A stretch of DNA of 64,000 bases from Dehalococcoidia bacterium (GTDB lineage Bacteria; Chloroflexota; Dehalococcoidia; Plut-88900): positions 1-64,000 of the forward strand of contig CBDBLV010000001.1 of the NCBI GenBank assembly GCA_965207225.1. The letters run 5' to 3'. Shown one piece after another: positions 39,131 to 49,091 of this stretch. Below the pieces are notes generated by a model that ran no database searches, was not told the origin of the DNA, and saw nothing but the letters and a program-made list of their open reading frames with translations. How positions within the stretch are numbered: the stretch's first letter is position 1; each line of letters opens with the position of its first letter. The translations under genes and the position numbers were made by a program.

Positions 39131-40399
39131 TGTATAGACCGGGGACATAGGTTACACATGTTCGGAGACATAGGTTACACCATTAGGCATAGCGATTCTG
39201 TAAGAGGAGGGTTTCTATGCCATGGAAGGTTGGAACGGTCATGTCTCAACGGGAAGAGTTTGTGGTCCTGGCCCAGTCCGAGGGTGTGAACATGAGTGAG
39301 CTGTGTCTGCGCAGCGGGATCAGCCGTAAGACCGGCTACAAGTGGCTGAGACGATACCTGGAAGGGGGTAAGGGGAGTCTGGAAGACCTTTCCAAGTGTC
39401 CCCATCACTCGCCGAACCGCACCAGCGCCGATATGGAGCAACTGGTAATAGACCTTCGAAGGGAGTTCCCCACCAAGGGGGGTCATGTGCTGGCCAAGAT
39501 GCTCAAGGACAGAGGGTACGGCGGTGTACCGGCCAAGAGCACCGTCACAGCCATCCTCAGTCGACATGGACTTATAGAGCCGGCCCAGAGCCTCAAGCAC
39601 AAGCCCTACCGCCGCTTTGAGCACCCCCGGCCCAACGACCTTTGGCAGATGGACTTCAAGGGACATATACCCATGTCCAGTGGTGGAAGATGTCACCCTC
39701 TGACGATCCTCGATGATCACTCCAGGTTCTCCCTGGCTGTAAGGGCTTGCCCAGATGAGAAGACTCCCACGGTCCGTGGCCACCTCACCTCTGTATTCCG
39801 CCGTTACGGCATGCCCGTCACTATGCTGGTAGACAACGGCGCCCCCTGGGGCCACGACCTCTACCATCCCTTCACGCCCTTGACCGTCTGGTTGCTGCAA
39901 CTGGGAGTCAGGGTGATCCACAGCAGACCCCACCACCCCCAGACTCTCGGCAAGCTTGAACGCTTCCACAAGTCCCTCAAGAGCGAACTGCTCCAGGGAA
40001 GCATCTACACAGACCTGCACCACTGCCAGGGCAGCTTCGACACCTGGAGAGACTTCTACAACCTCCAGCGTCCTCACCATGCCCTGGACCTCAATACCCC
40101 CTCCAGCCGATACACCCCCAGCCCCCGGCCCTTCCCCGAGGTCCTGCCTGCCATCGAGTACGACACCAATGACCAGGTGCGCAAGGTCGACGTCAACGGC
40201 CGCATATGGTTCAAGGGCAGAACCTTTAAGGTGGGGAAAGCCTTCCGAAGAAAGTGTGTCGCCCTTAGACCCGGGTCCAAAGACGGCACGTGGAAAGTCT
40301 TCTTCTCCGTACAACCCATTGCTACCATAGATCTAAGTAAGTAGGAAATGTGTTACCTATCTCCCCGAACAACTGTTACCCTTCTCCCCGGTCTATACA
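39131..40399 (+). mobile_element. IS481-family insertion sequence
   Basis: TGT...ACA ends; IR TGTATAGACCGGGGA/TCCCCGGTCTATACA; subterminal GACATAGGTTACAC repeats. Confidence 0.92.
39217..40344 (+). CDS. IS481-family transposase
   Basis: MPWK..., GISRKTGYKW HTH, LWQMDFKG, ILDDHSRF, DNG, PQTLGKLERFH. Confidence 0.95.
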   Translation: MPWKVGTVMSQREEFVVLAQSEGVNMSELCLRSGISRKTGYKWLRRYLEGGKGSLEDLSKCPHHSPNRTSADMEQLVIDLRREFPTKGGHVLAKMLKDRGYGGVPAKSTVTAILSRHGLIEPAQSLKHKPYRRFEHPRPNDLWQMDFKGHIPMSSGGRCHPLTILDDHSRFSLAVRACPDEKTPTVRGHLTSVFRRYGMPVTMLVDNGAPWGHDLYHPFTPLTVWLLQLGVRVIHSRPHHPQTLGKLERFHKSLKSELLQGSIYTDLHHCQGSFDTWRDFYNLQRPHHALDLNTPSSRYTPSPRPFPEVLPAIEYDTNDQVRKVDVNGRIWFKGRTFKVGKAFRRKCVALRPGSKDGTWKVFFSVQPIATIDLSK

Positions 40400-40454
40400 A
40401 TGGCCCTGAGGGAGAGGGGGATCAAGGGGGTGAGGGTTCCCCCCCGCACCAGGC

Positions 40455-40525
40455 GAAATTCCCAGAAACCCCTCTAGGCGTCATTCAATCAAACCAGCTA
40501 CGAGTTCAATCAATGTTCAATCAAT
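40455..40525 (-). repeat. TTGATTGA phased-repeat element
   Basis: TCAATCAA at 40485, 40506, 40517 next to TAGGCGTCAT; homologous to 52449-52550 and to window positions 1-35. Confidence 0.7.
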
Positions 40526-40654
40526 CCCCCGACCCCGAATCTTGACACTAAAATGCCTCTAATGTACACTTCGCGCCGGTTTGCGCCCTCCTCCCGAAGC
40601 CATTGGAGGATTCCATTAACGTCGGTTGTCGGGGATGGGCGGGCGTGAAAGCTC

Positions 40655-41089
40655 TTGGGGGTGCACGTGACTGACAAAACCGTAATCTCTGAGGCGATGA
40701 AGAACGCCATCGGCGTATCCTCCGCGCCAGCTTCCTATGATGTTGAAAAGGGCCACGTCAAGCGCTTCACCGAGGCCATCGGTGACCCGAGCCCCCGCTG
40801 GAGCGGCAATGACGGCGTCATACCCCCAACCTTCCTCCGAATGTGCATCCCTAACGACCTCGAGGAGCTGGAGATGCCCTTCTCCCGTGGCCTCGACGGC
40901 GGCAGCGAGTGGGACTACTTCGTCCCTGTCCGCGCAGGAGACACGATAACTGTCACCCAGTCGATTATCGACTTCACCGAAAAGCACGGCAGGCTCGGCA
41001 CCATGCTCATCGAGACCCGCCAGAACTCCTTCGTAAATCAGCGCGGCGAACTCGTCGCCACCGAAAAGACCGTCAATATCAGCTACTAA
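40655..41089 (+). CDS. MaoC/FAS1-like hot-dog dehydratase subunit
   Basis: YDVEKGHVKRFTEAIGD, PPTF, LDGGSEWDYF, NQRGELVA. Confidence 0.85.
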   Translation: MGVHVTDKTVISEAMKNAIGVSSAPASYDVEKGHVKRFTEAIGDPSPRWSGNDGVIPPTFLRMCIPNDLEELEMPFSRGLDGGSEWDYFVPVRAGDTITVTQSIIDFTEKHGRLGTMLIETRQNSFVNQRGELVATEKTVNISY

Positions 41090-41104
41090 CAATTCTTCGA
41101 GAGG

Positions 41105-41527
41105 TTGCCAATGAGCGAAGCCATTTACCAGATGATGAGCAAGGACCTCGGCAAGTCCACAACACCCGTCACCTATGACGTCGAAAAAGGCCACGTCAAG
41201 CGTTTCGCCGAGGCCATCGGCGACGAAAACCGCCTGTGGAGGGGCGTCACCGTACCCCCAACCTTCACCCGGGCCTTCATCCCCAGCGATGAGGATGAAA
41301 GCCAGCCCCGTCCCGCCGGCATCCGCGTCCTCGACGGCGGGAGCGAGTACGAGTATTTCAAGGCCATCCACCCCGGCGACCAGATCACCGTCGTCTCCAA
41401 GATCGCCGAAGTATTCAAGAAGGAAGGCCGGCTCGGCACCATGACCTTCCAGGTCAAGGAGGTCTCTTTCACCAATCAGGACGGCGAACTCGTCGCCACC
41501 CGCCGCGACACCGGCATCTACTACTAG
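41105..41527 (+). CDS. MaoC/FAS1-like hot-dog dehydratase subunit (paralog)
   Basis: YDVEKGHVKRFAEAIGD, LDGGSEYEYF, NQDGELVA. Confidence 0.85.
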   Translation: MPMSEAIYQMMSKDLGKSTTPVTYDVEKGHVKRFAEAIGDENRLWRGVTVPPTFTRAFIPSDEDESQPRPAGIRVLDGGSEYEYFKAIHPGDQITVVSKIAEVFKKEGRLGTMTFQVKEVSFTNQDGELVATRRDTGIYY

Positions 41528-41575
41528 GACCCCAAGGGAATATCCCAGACAAAGCTGAAGGCAGGAGGATAGAGA

Positions 41576-42004
41576 ATGGGACAGGTCTATTTTGAAGACG
41601 TATCCGAGGGCATGGACATCCCCACCCTCGAAAAGAACCCCACCACCCGACAGCTGGTCCAGTACGCCGGCGCATCGGGCGACTTCTACGAGATCCACTA
41701 CGACAAGGACTACGCCATAGGCAACGAGCTACCCGGCCCCATCATCCACGGCGCTCTCAAGAACGCCTGGCTCGGCCAGGTCGTCACCGACTGGATGGGC
41801 GAAGAAGGTGTACTCAAGAAGCTCAGCTGCCAGTACCGCGGCATGGACGTCCCCGGCGTGCCCATGTACATCAAGGGCAAGGTCGTCGGTAAGTCCTCCG
41901 ACGGCGGAGAGAACCTCGTCGAGTGCGAGATCTGGGGCGAGAACAACGAAGGAAAGGTCACCACGCCCGGCAAGGCCACCGTGGCCCTTCCCTCCAGAGG
42001 CTAG
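41576..42004 (+). CDS. MaoC-family (R)-specific hydratase
   Basis: YAGASGDFYEIHYD...IIHGAL hydratase-2 motif. Confidence 0.9.
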   Translation: MGQVYFEDVSEGMDIPTLEKNPTTRQLVQYAGASGDFYEIHYDKDYAIGNELPGPIIHGALKNAWLGQVVTDWMGEEGVLKKLSCQYRGMDVPGVPMYIKGKVVGKSSDGGENLVECEIWGENNEGKVTTPGKATVALPSRG

Positions 42005-42085
42005 AAGAAAGTCCGCTTTAACTCAGGAACCTAGACCCAAATCGGCCGCACAAGGCCGCCCCGCAAGGGGGAGCAGGAGGAAAAT

Positions 42086-43000
42086 ATGGCCCAACCTTTA
42101 GAAGGAAAAGCAGCGGTCGTTACCGGCGCCGGCAGGGGCATCGGTCGGGGCATCGCCAAGGCCCTCGCCGCCCATGGCGCTAGCGTCGTCGTCGCCGACC
42201 TCGGAGCAGCCCTCGATGGCTCCGGCGGTGACCAGGGCCCTGCTGACGAAGTAGTTAGCGAGATTAAGGCAGCCGGCGGCAACGCCGTCGCCTGCTATAA
42301 CTCCGTCGCCACCATGGAAGGTGGCGAGAACATCATCCAGACCTGCGTCGACAACTTTGGCAAGATCGACATCCTGGTCTGCGTCGCCGGTATCTTGAGA
42401 GACCGCATGGTCTTCAACATGACCGAGCAGGAATGGGACGACGTCATTGCCGTCCACCTGAAGGGCACCTTCACCTGCGTGAAGCACGCCTCCATCCTGA
42501 TGCGGCAGCAGCGCGGCGGAAGGATTATCACCTTCTCCTCCAGCAGCGGCGTCATGGGCACCACCGGCCAGACCAACTATGGCGCTGCCAAGTCCGGCAT
42601 CGCCGGTCTCACCAAGGTCGTCGCCCGGGACCTCGGCAAGTACGGCGTCACTGCCAACTCCATTCTCCCCTCCGCCGACACCCGCATGACCATGACCGAA
42701 GAGGTGCGCAAGGCCCGGGAGATCCGGCAGGCCGCAGGTCTCCCCGAGGAGTTCTCTGACGAGCCCCAGGACCCCGAGGACATCGCCCCCTTCATCTGCT
42801 ACCTCGCCAGCGACAAGGCCGCCAACGTCAACGGCCAGACCTTCTCCGTCAGGGGCAGGCTCATCTCCCTGGTCAACCAGCCGAGAATCATCGGCGCGGT
42901 CACTAAGGATGGCCTCTGGACCGTCGACGAGCTCCTGGAGGCCATCCCCAACTCCTTCGGCAAGAAGGTTAAGAACCAGTACGTGGGCAAAGCCTCTTAG
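42086..43000 (+). CDS. SDR (3-hydroxyacyl-CoA dehydrogenase/MFE-2-like)
   Basis: TGAGRGIG, AGILRDRM, NYGAAK. Confidence 0.92.
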   Translation: MAQPLEGKAAVVTGAGRGIGRGIAKALAAHGASVVVADLGAALDGSGGDQGPADEVVSEIKAAGGNAVACYNSVATMEGGENIIQTCVDNFGKIDILVCVAGILRDRMVFNMTEQEWDDVIAVHLKGTFTCVKHASILMRQQRGGRIITFSSSSGVMGTTGQTNYGAAKSGIAGLTKVVARDLGKYGVTANSILPSADTRMTMTEEVRKAREIRQAAGLPEEFSDEPQDPEDIAPFICYLASDKAANVNGQTFSVRGRLISLVNQPRIIGAVTKDGLWTVDELLEAIPNSFGKKVKNQYVGKAS

Positions 43001-43038
43001 GACGGACGCTTAATTCTTAGAACATCAGGGAGAACGGA

Positions 43039-43962
43039 ATGACAGATACACTTAAAGGGAAAGCGGCCGTCGTAACCGGCGCCGGCCGGGGCATCGGCCG
43101 GGGCATTGCTCTCCTCCTCGCCCAGGAAGGCGCCAGCGTCGTAGTCAACGACCTCGGTGGCGCAGTGGACGGCAGTGGGGCCTCGCAGAGCCCCGCCGAC
43201 GAAGTGGTCGCCGAGATCAAGGCAGCCGGCGGTGAGGCCGTAGCCAACTACGAGTCCGTCGCCACCATGGAAGGCGGCGAGCGCATCATCCAGTCCTGCG
43301 TCGACAACTACGGCAAGATTGATATCCTCGTCTGCGTTGCCGGTATCCTCCGGGACCGCATGGTCTTCAACATGACCGAGGAAGAATGGGACGATGTGAT
43401 TGCCGTCCACCTGAAGGGCACCTTCACCTGCGTCAAGCATGCCGCCATCCTCATGCGACAGCAGAGGGGCGGACGGATTGTCTGTTTCAGCTCCACCTCG
43501 GGGCTGTTCGGCAACTCCGGCCAGGCCAACTACGGCGCAGCCAAGGACGGCATCGCCGGGATAGTGCGCTGCGTATCCCAGGACCTGGGCAAGTACGGCG
43601 TAACCTGCAACGGAATCTCCCCCTCCGCCGCCACCCGCATGACCCTCACCGAGGAGGTCCGCAAGGCCCGGGAGATCCGCGCCGCCGCCGGACAGGCCGC
43701 CACCGAAGAGGAGAGGCTCGACCCGCCCGAGGGCATCGCCCCGGCCGTCGCCTTCCTCTGCACCGACCAGGCCCAGAACTTCAACGGCGAGATCCTCCAC
43801 GTCGCCGGCGGTTTCGTCGGCCTCATGAGCCATCCCGACGAGGTCAACGACCTCTACAAGCAGAGTGGACGCTGGACCTTCGATGAGATCGCGCGGGAGT
43901 TCCCGGTGGCCATCGGCGAGGACCTCGTCAACCCCGCCCCGCCCCAGCCCCCCAGGCAGTAA
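43039..43962 (+). CDS. SDR paralog
   Basis: TGAGRGIG, AGILRDRM, NYGAAK; N-terminal half highly similar to the upstream gene. Confidence 0.92.
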   Translation: MTDTLKGKAAVVTGAGRGIGRGIALLLAQEGASVVVNDLGGAVDGSGASQSPADEVVAEIKAAGGEAVANYESVATMEGGERIIQSCVDNYGKIDILVCVAGILRDRMVFNMTEEEWDDVIAVHLKGTFTCVKHAAILMRQQRGGRIVCFSSTSGLFGNSGQANYGAAKDGIAGIVRCVSQDLGKYGVTCNGISPSAATRMTLTEEVRKAREIRAAAGQAATEEERLDPPEGIAPAVAFLCTDQAQNFNGEILHVAGGFVGLMSHPDEVNDLYKQSGRWTFDEIAREFPVAIGEDLVNPAPPQPPRQ

Positions 43963-43984
43963 CCCTTTCCCAAAGGCAAATACA

Positions 43985-44015
43985 AAGGGCCGCCGACCTT
44001 GGGTCGGCGGCCCTT
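43985..44015. terminator. Hairpin between convergent genes (probable terminator)
   Basis: AAGGGCCGCCGACC-TTG-GGTCGGCGGCCCTT, 14-bp stem. Confidence 0.65.
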
Positions 44016-44044
44016 CGCCGCTTCAATATCCTTGGCGGCTTGCC

Positions 44045-44626
44045 CTAACCCCTGGTCTCCCCCACCCCCGACCGCTGCCCACCCTCCACCTGCCCGTTCA
44101 CCGCAACCGGGAACCTCTCCCACCTCGCCCGGGACAGCTCCATCAGCACGAACGTCTTCCCTTCTCTCCTCACCCTGTCCCTGGCCATGAACCCGCACTT
44201 CTCAAAGGACCGCTGTGCCCTGCGGTTCCACTCCAGTGTGTGCAGGTACACCGTCCGCAGCCCCTCTACGTTGAACAGGTGCCGCACCAGCAGCCTCACC
44301 GCCTCCGCCCCGTAGCCCTGCCCCCAGTACTCCTTGTCCCCTATCATGATCCCCACCTCGGCCTGACCCCTGTACGGGTCCAGGTCGTAGTACATGCAAT
44401 TGCCTATGTGCCTGCCCTGCAGGTCGTCTATGGCGAACTTGTACTTGTGAGGCTGCGGGAACTGCAGCTCGTCTGCGTAGAAGGCTTTGTAGCTGGCAAA
44501 CCTCGTTGTGAGCGGCTGAGTAGCGTCCAGCCGGGCCAGCTCCTCGTCCGTGCGCCACAGGTAGTCCTGGTAGGCGTCATCCAGCCTCTTCTCCCGCAAC
44601 ACCACCTTCTTCCCCCGAAGTATCAC
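44045..44626 (-). CDS. RimJ/RimL-type GNAT acetyltransferase
   Basis: AEVGIMIGDKEYWGQGYG, NRRAQRSFEKCGF. Confidence 0.9.
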   Translation of the reverse strand: MILRGKKVVLREKRLDDAYQDYLWRTDEELARLDATQPLTTRFASYKAFYADELQFPQPHKYKFAIDDLQGRHIGNCMYYDLDPYRGQAEVGIMIGDKEYWGQGYGAEAVRLLVRHLFNVEGLRTVYLHTLEWNRRAQRSFEKCGFMARDRVRREGKTFVLMELSRARWERFPVAVNGQVEGGQRSGVGETRG

Positions 44627-45111
44627 TCCCGACCCCTCAGCCGCTCTATCGCCTCGGCCACTATCCGCTCTTCGTTCTTGTAGGTCAGCGTCTTCCTCGC
44701 TTCCTCCGCTTCGAACCACTTCACAACGTCAAACTCGGGGTCGTGCTGCTCCATGGAGCCCCCCGTGGCCCGCATCAGGTAGAAATACACAGTCTTGTGG
44801 TTCCTCACCCCCGACGCCACGAACCAGTAGCTTATGCTCCCCAGGTCCTCCTCGATAACCGCCTCCAGCCCCGTCTCCTCCCGGGTCTCCCGCAGCGCCG
44901 TCTCCTCCCGGGTCTCCCCCGGGTCCGGAGTGCCTTTCGGCAGGCGCCAGCTCTTCGGGCGAAGGTGACCACACAGGGCGATCTCCACCCCTCCCCCGTT
45001 CTCTCGGTAGACCACGCCCCCCGCCGATACAGGGTGCGCTATCTTTAATGCTTGATTGCTCGTGGGTCTCCTCCCCGCCGAGATTTTAGGCGTGAGGCCA
45101 ATGCCGGTCAA
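44623..45111 (-). CDS. NUDIX hydrolase
   Basis: SAGGVV, LPKG...GETREETALRETREETGL Nudix box; start uncertain. Confidence 0.9.
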   Translation of the reverse strand: MTGIGLTPKISAGRRPTSNQALKIAHPVSAGGVVYRENGGGVEIALCGHLRPKSWRLPKGTPDPGETREETALRETREETGLEAVIEEDLGSISYWFVASGVRNHKTVYFYLMRATGGSMEQHDPEFDVVKWFEAEEARKTLTYKNEERIVAEAIERLRGRE

Positions 45112-45134
45112 ATTGCGCCGGCTGCTCCCCCGGC

Positions 45135-46448
45135 CTAACCCTCCCCTTCCGTCCTCGCCACCGACACGTCGGTGCAATAAAGCGGCGGAGTCCTCAGCGA
45201 TCCCCCTCGCCACTTCGCCTCGCTTCCAATGGCTATCAGGTTGTTCAATGTCTCGTAGACGTTCCCGGACAACATGCTGTTCTTCACCCGACCCACTATC
45301 TGCCCGTTTTCCACCTTGTAGCCCAGCAGCACGTTCCCGCTGTAGTCGCCGGCCAGGATGTTGGTCTGCCCCGCCCCCAGGAACCTCTCCACCACCAGCC
45401 CCTCCTTCATGTCCGCAATCATCGCGTCGAAGGTCATGTCCCCCTCGGCAATGGAGATCACGCTCGTCGACGGTGATGGCAGAGACCCCGACCCCCTCGC
45501 CGCGTTGCCTGTGGTCTCCGCCCCGGCCTGTGCCGCCGTCTTCAGATCGTAGATGAAATTGCTGGCGACACCCTTGTCGATGAGCGGTGTGACCCTGGTG
45601 GGCACCCCCTCGTCGTCCCAGGGTCGGCTCCCAGGCCGGTAGGCAATCGTCCCGTCGTCATACAGGCTGAACCGCTCGTCCACTACCTTTTCTCCCAACC
45701 TCCCCACCAGCGGCGAAGACCCCTGCACAACGGTCTTGCCATTGAATCCCACCAGCAGCGGCGAAAGAAGCAGACCGGCCACCGCGTCGGGCGTGAAGAC
45801 CACCGGAAACTTCCCAGTGGTGACCTCCGCCTCTCGTTGTGCCATCTCCAGCTGCCCCCTCACCCGGGCCACGATCTCCGACGCATCCTCAATCGGCCTG
45901 CACGAGCTCTCCCCTTCCCCGACGAACAACATGTCCGTGCCCCGTACCAGCGTCCCGCTCAGCCCCAGGGAGAACACCGTCTTTTCGTAAGAGGCGTCCA
46001 CCCCCTCGCTGTTCATTATCCTCACCTTCACCACCGACTGCGACGCTCCCGCATCGCACAACACCTCCGGGTGCCCCTCCAGGATCCCCTCCACCATCTC
46101 CTGCGACAGCTCGACCATCTTCTCGATTGGCACCTGCGGTACTGCGGGGTCGAAGGTCGGGACCTCCGGGTGCTCCGCCGCCGAGGGTAGCCCGAACTCC
46201 GCCTTCGCCCCGTAGGGCGCCACCTCCACCGCCCGACTCACAATCCCTTCCACGTCTTCCACCTTGTTCGTGGCCGAAAAGCCTATCCGACCGTCCTTGA
46301 TTATCCTCAGCCCCACCCCCCGCGCCTCCTTGGTCTGCATATGCTTCAGCCTGTTAGTCTCAAAGGCCACGGGTATGGACCGGCTCTCGACCCAGAACAG
46401 GTCCGCTGCGTCTGCGACCTTGCGGGCGGCGTCCAGTATCTCTTCCAA
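45135..46448 (-). CDS. pmbA: TldE/PmbA-family protein
   Basis: GLRIIKDGRIGFS, WDDEGVPT, TTGNA, GDYSG; no HExxH. Confidence 0.88.
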   Translation of the reverse strand: MEEILDAARKVADAADLFWVESRSIPVAFETNRLKHMQTKEARGVGLRIIKDGRIGFSATNKVEDVEGIVSRAVEVAPYGAKAEFGLPSAAEHPEVPTFDPAVPQVPIEKMVELSQEMVEGILEGHPEVLCDAGASQSVVKVRIMNSEGVDASYEKTVFSLGLSGTLVRGTDMLFVGEGESSCRPIEDASEIVARVRGQLEMAQREAEVTTGKFPVVFTPDAVAGLLLSPLLVGFNGKTVVQGSSPLVGRLGEKVVDERFSLYDDGTIAYRPGSRPWDDEGVPTRVTPLIDKGVASNFIYDLKTAAQAGAETTGNAARGSGSLPSPSTSVISIAEGDMTFDAMIADMKEGLVVERFLGAGQTNILAGDYSGNVLLGYKVENGQIVGRVKNSMLSGNVYETLNNLIAIGSEAKWRGGSLRTPPLYCTDVSVARTEGEG

Positions 46449-47816
46449 CTAGGCCCCTCCCACCAGGCATTTGGCTATTCTGATATGCGGGCTTCCGTTG
46501 GACACCGGCAGCGGCGACTGACCGCCCTTCCCGCACCCTCCGCCCTGGTTCATGTCCAGGTCGTTGCCCACTGCGTCCAGGTTCTTCAAAGTCTCGAACA
46601 CGTTGCCCGACAGGGTCACGGGCCGCAGTAGTTCGGCGACCTTCCCGTCCCGGATCATGTACGCCTCCCGAGCGGAGAACGTGAACATCTCCATGCTCGT
46701 CATCCCGCCGTACCAGTCGCAGGCATACACCCCCTCCTTCACGTCGGCGATCATCTCCTCGAAGGTCGTGGCCCCGGGCTCTATGAATGTGTTGGTCATG
46801 CGCACGATCGGTTCGTAACGGAAGTCGATGGCCCGGGCATTCCCCGAAGGCGCCTCACCCATCTTCGCCGCAGTCTCCCGAGAGTGCAGCCTCCCCACCA
46901 GATCCCCTTCCTTTATCAGGTACGACCGAGTGGATGGTACTCCCTCATCGTCGTATTTGTAGCTGCCCCTCAGGCCCGGCACCGCTGCCCCGTCCACGAT
47001 ATTTAGGTGTTCACCCCCGAACTTCCGACCCAGCACCATCACCTCTTTGAGCCGGTCGTTCTCGTATACGTGGTCCGACTCCGATAGGTGCCCGAAGGCC
47101 TCATGGGTGAACACCCCGGCCAGCACTGGGTCCAGGATCACAGTGTATTCGCCACCCTGCACCCTGGGCGCTGCCAGCAAACTCGCAGCCTTCTCCGCTA
47201 TCTCCCTCGAATCCTGGTGCAGCCCCTCTACCACCGAGAAATCACCGCTGCTCCCGAGGCTTACACCCGCCTGCTGCACCTCCGACCCGTCCCTCGCCGT
47301 CGCCGACAACCTCAGGCTCACGTCCACCCTCTGCTGCTCGATATAGCTACCATCCGAGTTGGCGAAGACTACTTTCTTGTGACCGTCCCCATAGGCGATC
47401 AGCGTGGTTTGGATGCCCCCTACCCCCCACATCACCTCGTTGTACTCATCCATCAGCCCTTTTTTCTCTGCCAGGGTCAGGGTCCTGGGGTCCTTCCCAA
47501 GCTGGGGCTCAACGATGTCCACTATAGGGTCGACACCCGCCAGCTCGCTGGTCTCCTGCCCCACAATCCGCGCCTGACGCACCGCATCTTCCACCCGTGC
47601 CCCGAGCCCCTCGATGGTGTTGAAGCTCACGAACCCCCACCCCCCGTTCACCAGCGCCCGGACGTTCCCGCCCAGGCTCGTCGTCATCCCCACGTCCTCC
47701 AGCTCCCGACCCCGGTAAAGCAGCCTCGTCGACTCCCCCTCCTCGATCCGCACTTCCACGTAGTCCGCCCCGTGACCCTTCAGGGCTTGGGATATCTGGT
47801 CGCGTAGGTCGGGCAT
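46449..47816 (-). CDS. tldD: TldD-family metalloprotease
   Basis: HEAFGHLSESD, YDDEGV, RMTNT, GGCGKGGQ. Confidence 0.92.
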   Translation of the reverse strand: MPDLRDQISQALKGHGADYVEVRIEEGESTRLLYRGRELEDVGMTTSLGGNVRALVNGGWGFVSFNTIEGLGARVEDAVRQARIVGQETSELAGVDPIVDIVEPQLGKDPRTLTLAEKKGLMDEYNEVMWGVGGIQTTLIAYGDGHKKVVFANSDGSYIEQQRVDVSLRLSATARDGSEVQQAGVSLGSSGDFSVVEGLHQDSREIAEKAASLLAAPRVQGGEYTVILDPVLAGVFTHEAFGHLSESDHVYENDRLKEVMVLGRKFGGEHLNIVDGAAVPGLRGSYKYDDEGVPSTRSYLIKEGDLVGRLHSRETAAKMGEAPSGNARAIDFRYEPIVRMTNTFIEPGATTFEEMIADVKEGVYACDWYGGMTSMEMFTFSAREAYMIRDGKVAELLRPVTLSGNVFETLKNLDAVGNDLDMNQGGGCGKGGQSPLPVSNGSPHIRIAKCLVGGA

Positions 47817-47938
47817 AGGGCTTCCTCCGAGTCGGGCCAAATCGGGCCGGAAGGGCAGTTTAACAGGCTCCCGCCTTATTGCGAAAGGGGCCGGACTTTT
47901 CGGTGACTTGTGAAATATTGTTTGATAGGATAATTCTG

Positions 47939-47960
47939 ATGATATAATAAAACATATCAT
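47939..47960 (+). promoter_or_regulatory. Inverted-repeat operator overlapping TATAAT upstream of the Fic gene
   Basis: ATGATAT-AATAAAAC-ATATCAT containing TATAAT (47943-47948) in an AT-rich patch. Confidence 0.5.
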
Positions 47961-47964
47961 ATTA

Positions 47965-49059
47965 GTGATGAATGATACTATCTTCGCTCCTCAATTTAAC
48001 ACTACCACGCTGTTGCGGCAGCGCCTCGAGGCCCTTGACCGTAACCACTGGCTCGTCGAGAACATGCTCCTTATGCCCAAGCACGAAGCCTGGCTCAAAC
48101 GCGATGTAACCGTCAGCCGCGCCTCAGGCACCACCAGGATCGAGGGTGCGGGTCTCGACGAAAGAGCCGTTGGCAGGTTACTCCGGGACGGCCGGCGCTC
48201 CCGGGACCAGGATGAGCAGGACAACGTCAACGCCTCCCGGGCTTACGAATTCGTCGACTATCTCAGCGATGAGACCGACATTCCTCTGGATGAGTTCGTC
48301 ATCCGACAGCTTAACCGGGAGTTCATGTACGCCGCCCCCGAGACTCTGACCCCGGGCATATACCGCAAGGGCCAGAACACCGTCGGTAGCTATACCCCGC
48401 CAAACCAGGGTGACGTGCCCGGCCTGATGAGGGCCTTCGGCCTATGGCTCAGGTCGGAGGATGGGACAGACCGTGTCCTTAAGTCGGGGATAGCCCATAT
48501 CCACCTTGTAGCCATTCATCCCTTCTGGGACGGGAACGGCCGCACGGCAAGGGCCCTGTCGACCCTTGTGCTCCAGAGGTCGCCCTACCACTTCAGGAGG
48601 CTCCTCTCCCTGGAGGCTGACCTATACCACGCCCGAGACCTCTATTTCTCCACCCTCGAGCGCACCCTCGGCCCAGCCTTCTCTGAGCCATACGACGTGA
48701 CCGGTTGGCTAGAGTTCTACACCGGCCTCATGCTGGAAAGCTCCCAGAAGCTGATTAACTGCCTGACCGACTGGCACAGGCTCACCGCCCCCGTCCTCAA
48801 CACCCTGGAGTGCCACGGCCTTAAGCCCAGGCAGGCCGATGGCTTATTGTACGCCGTTCGTGCGGGCAGCATTACTAGGGCAGAATACATAGAGGTGACC
48901 GGCGTCCTCCCCATTACCGCCTCCCGAGACCTGGCCCAGCTGACTGAGTTGGGCCTTCTGGCGGCCGTGGGTCGAGGCAGGGCAAGATACTACTTGCCTG
49001 TAAAGCAGCAACCGGGCGATCCTGACCCGCAACAGGAGCCTCTTCCTGGGTTAAGATAA
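47965..49059 (+). CDS. Fic-domain protein with C-terminal winged HTH
   Basis: HPFWDGNGRTAR; TTRIEG inhibitory-like motif; TASRDLAQLTELGLL..GRGR. Confidence 0.92.
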   Translation: MMNDTIFAPQFNTTTLLRQRLEALDRNHWLVENMLLMPKHEAWLKRDVTVSRASGTTRIEGAGLDERAVGRLLRDGRRSRDQDEQDNVNASRAYEFVDYLSDETDIPLDEFVIRQLNREFMYAAPETLTPGIYRKGQNTVGSYTPPNQGDVPGLMRAFGLWLRSEDGTDRVLKSGIAHIHLVAIHPFWDGNGRTARALSTLVLQRSPYHFRRLLSLEADLYHARDLYFSTLERTLGPAFSEPYDVTGWLEFYTGLMLESSQKLINCLTDWHRLTAPVLNTLECHGLKPRQADGLLYAVRAGSITRAEYIEVTGVLPITASRDLAQLTELGLLAAVGRGRARYYLPVKQQPGDPDPQQEPLPGLR

Positions 49060-49091
49060 TATGCAGACCAGCACCATCACCGGAGACTCCC

